Shown piece after piece: positions 44,730 through 44,861 of a stretch of DNA of 44,861 bases. The stretch spans positions 1-44,861 of the forward strand of contig JAXDAH010000027.1 of the NCBI GenBank assembly GCA_034679905.1, read 5' to 3'. The DNA comes from Methanomicrobiales archaeon. Lineage in GTDB: Archaea > Halobacteriota > Methanomicrobia > Methanomicrobiales > JACTUA01. The position numbers and the translations under genes are program-made. Positions within the stretch are counted from its first letter, which is position 1, and every line of letters begins with the position of its first letter. Under the pieces are notes generated by a model that saw only the letters and a program-made list of their open reading frames with translations, made no database searches and was not told the DNA's origin.

Positions 44730-44861
44730 ATGTCGCGGACGGCACTGTATCTCGCACTCCCCGGGGAGAACCTGGACCCGCTCTTCTCGGAGTTCGAAGA
44801 GATCCTCCGCGACCACCCCTTCGCCACCCTCTTCGTCGCGCCCACGTCGCGGGTCGCGACG
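44730..44861 (+). CDS. Hypothetical protein, 3'-partial (runs off the window)
   Basis: ATG 44730 opens MSRTALYLALPGENLDPLFSEFEEILRDHPFATLFVAPTSRVAT, which is still open at the window end. Too short to assign a family. Confidence 0.45.
   Translation, partial: MSRTALYLALPGENLDPLFSEFEEILRDHPFATLFVAPTSRVAT

Noticed and set aside
1-44861. CRISPR arrays, IS elements, integrases, rRNA
   Set aside because: No regularly spaced direct repeats, transposase or integrase motifs (DDE, R..H..R..Y), or rRNA-like sequence were recognised anywhere in the window.

Overview
This looks like a high-GC archaeal chromosomal accessory region, probably from a methanogen of the Methanomicrobiales type. That call is an inference from two NpdG-type F420 reductases, an HTH_45-like winged-helix protein, PRC-barrel and DUF3795 proteins, TATA-like boxes and an oligo-T terminator. 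I recognise about 45 protein-coding genes. They are mostly transporters (CDF, ZIP, MFS, MATE, ClC), redox and oxidative-stress functions (catalase, Dps-like ferritin, flavodoxin, FNR-like reductase, F420 reductases) and small NTF2-fold or ABM proteins. I found no rRNA, bona fide tRNA, CRISPR array, transposase or integrase.

Two things stand out.

1. Positions 6213-11117 form a visibly less GC-rich island. It encodes a TerY-P-like signalling triad: a vWA protein, a PP2C phosphatase and an atypical Ser/Thr kinase fused to a zinc ribbon and an FHA-like domain. A membrane-anchored TPR protein sits next to it. The arrangement is divergent/convergent, unlike the co-directional bacterial triad as I remember it.

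2. The window has an unusually high density of disrupted genes.
- One in-frame TGA interrupts a GH15 hydrolase.
- One in-frame TAG interrupts a radical SAM protein.
- Homopolymer frameshifts affect a DUF3795 gene and a DUF3307 gene.
- An anti-sigma kinase, an aspartate dehydrogenase and a secondary alcohol dehydrogenase survive only as truncated remnants.
This could be real gene decay or an error-prone assembly. I cannot tell which from the sequence alone.

Smaller observations include a 27-bp perfect palindrome in the MarR divergent promoter, a 32-aa hydrophobic peptide ORF with a strong Shine-Dalgarno (SD) ribosome-binding site, and a GC-rich ORF-poor stretch of about 690 bp that contains a tRNA-like minihelix. 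All family assignments rest on motif recognition by eye. No searches were run.
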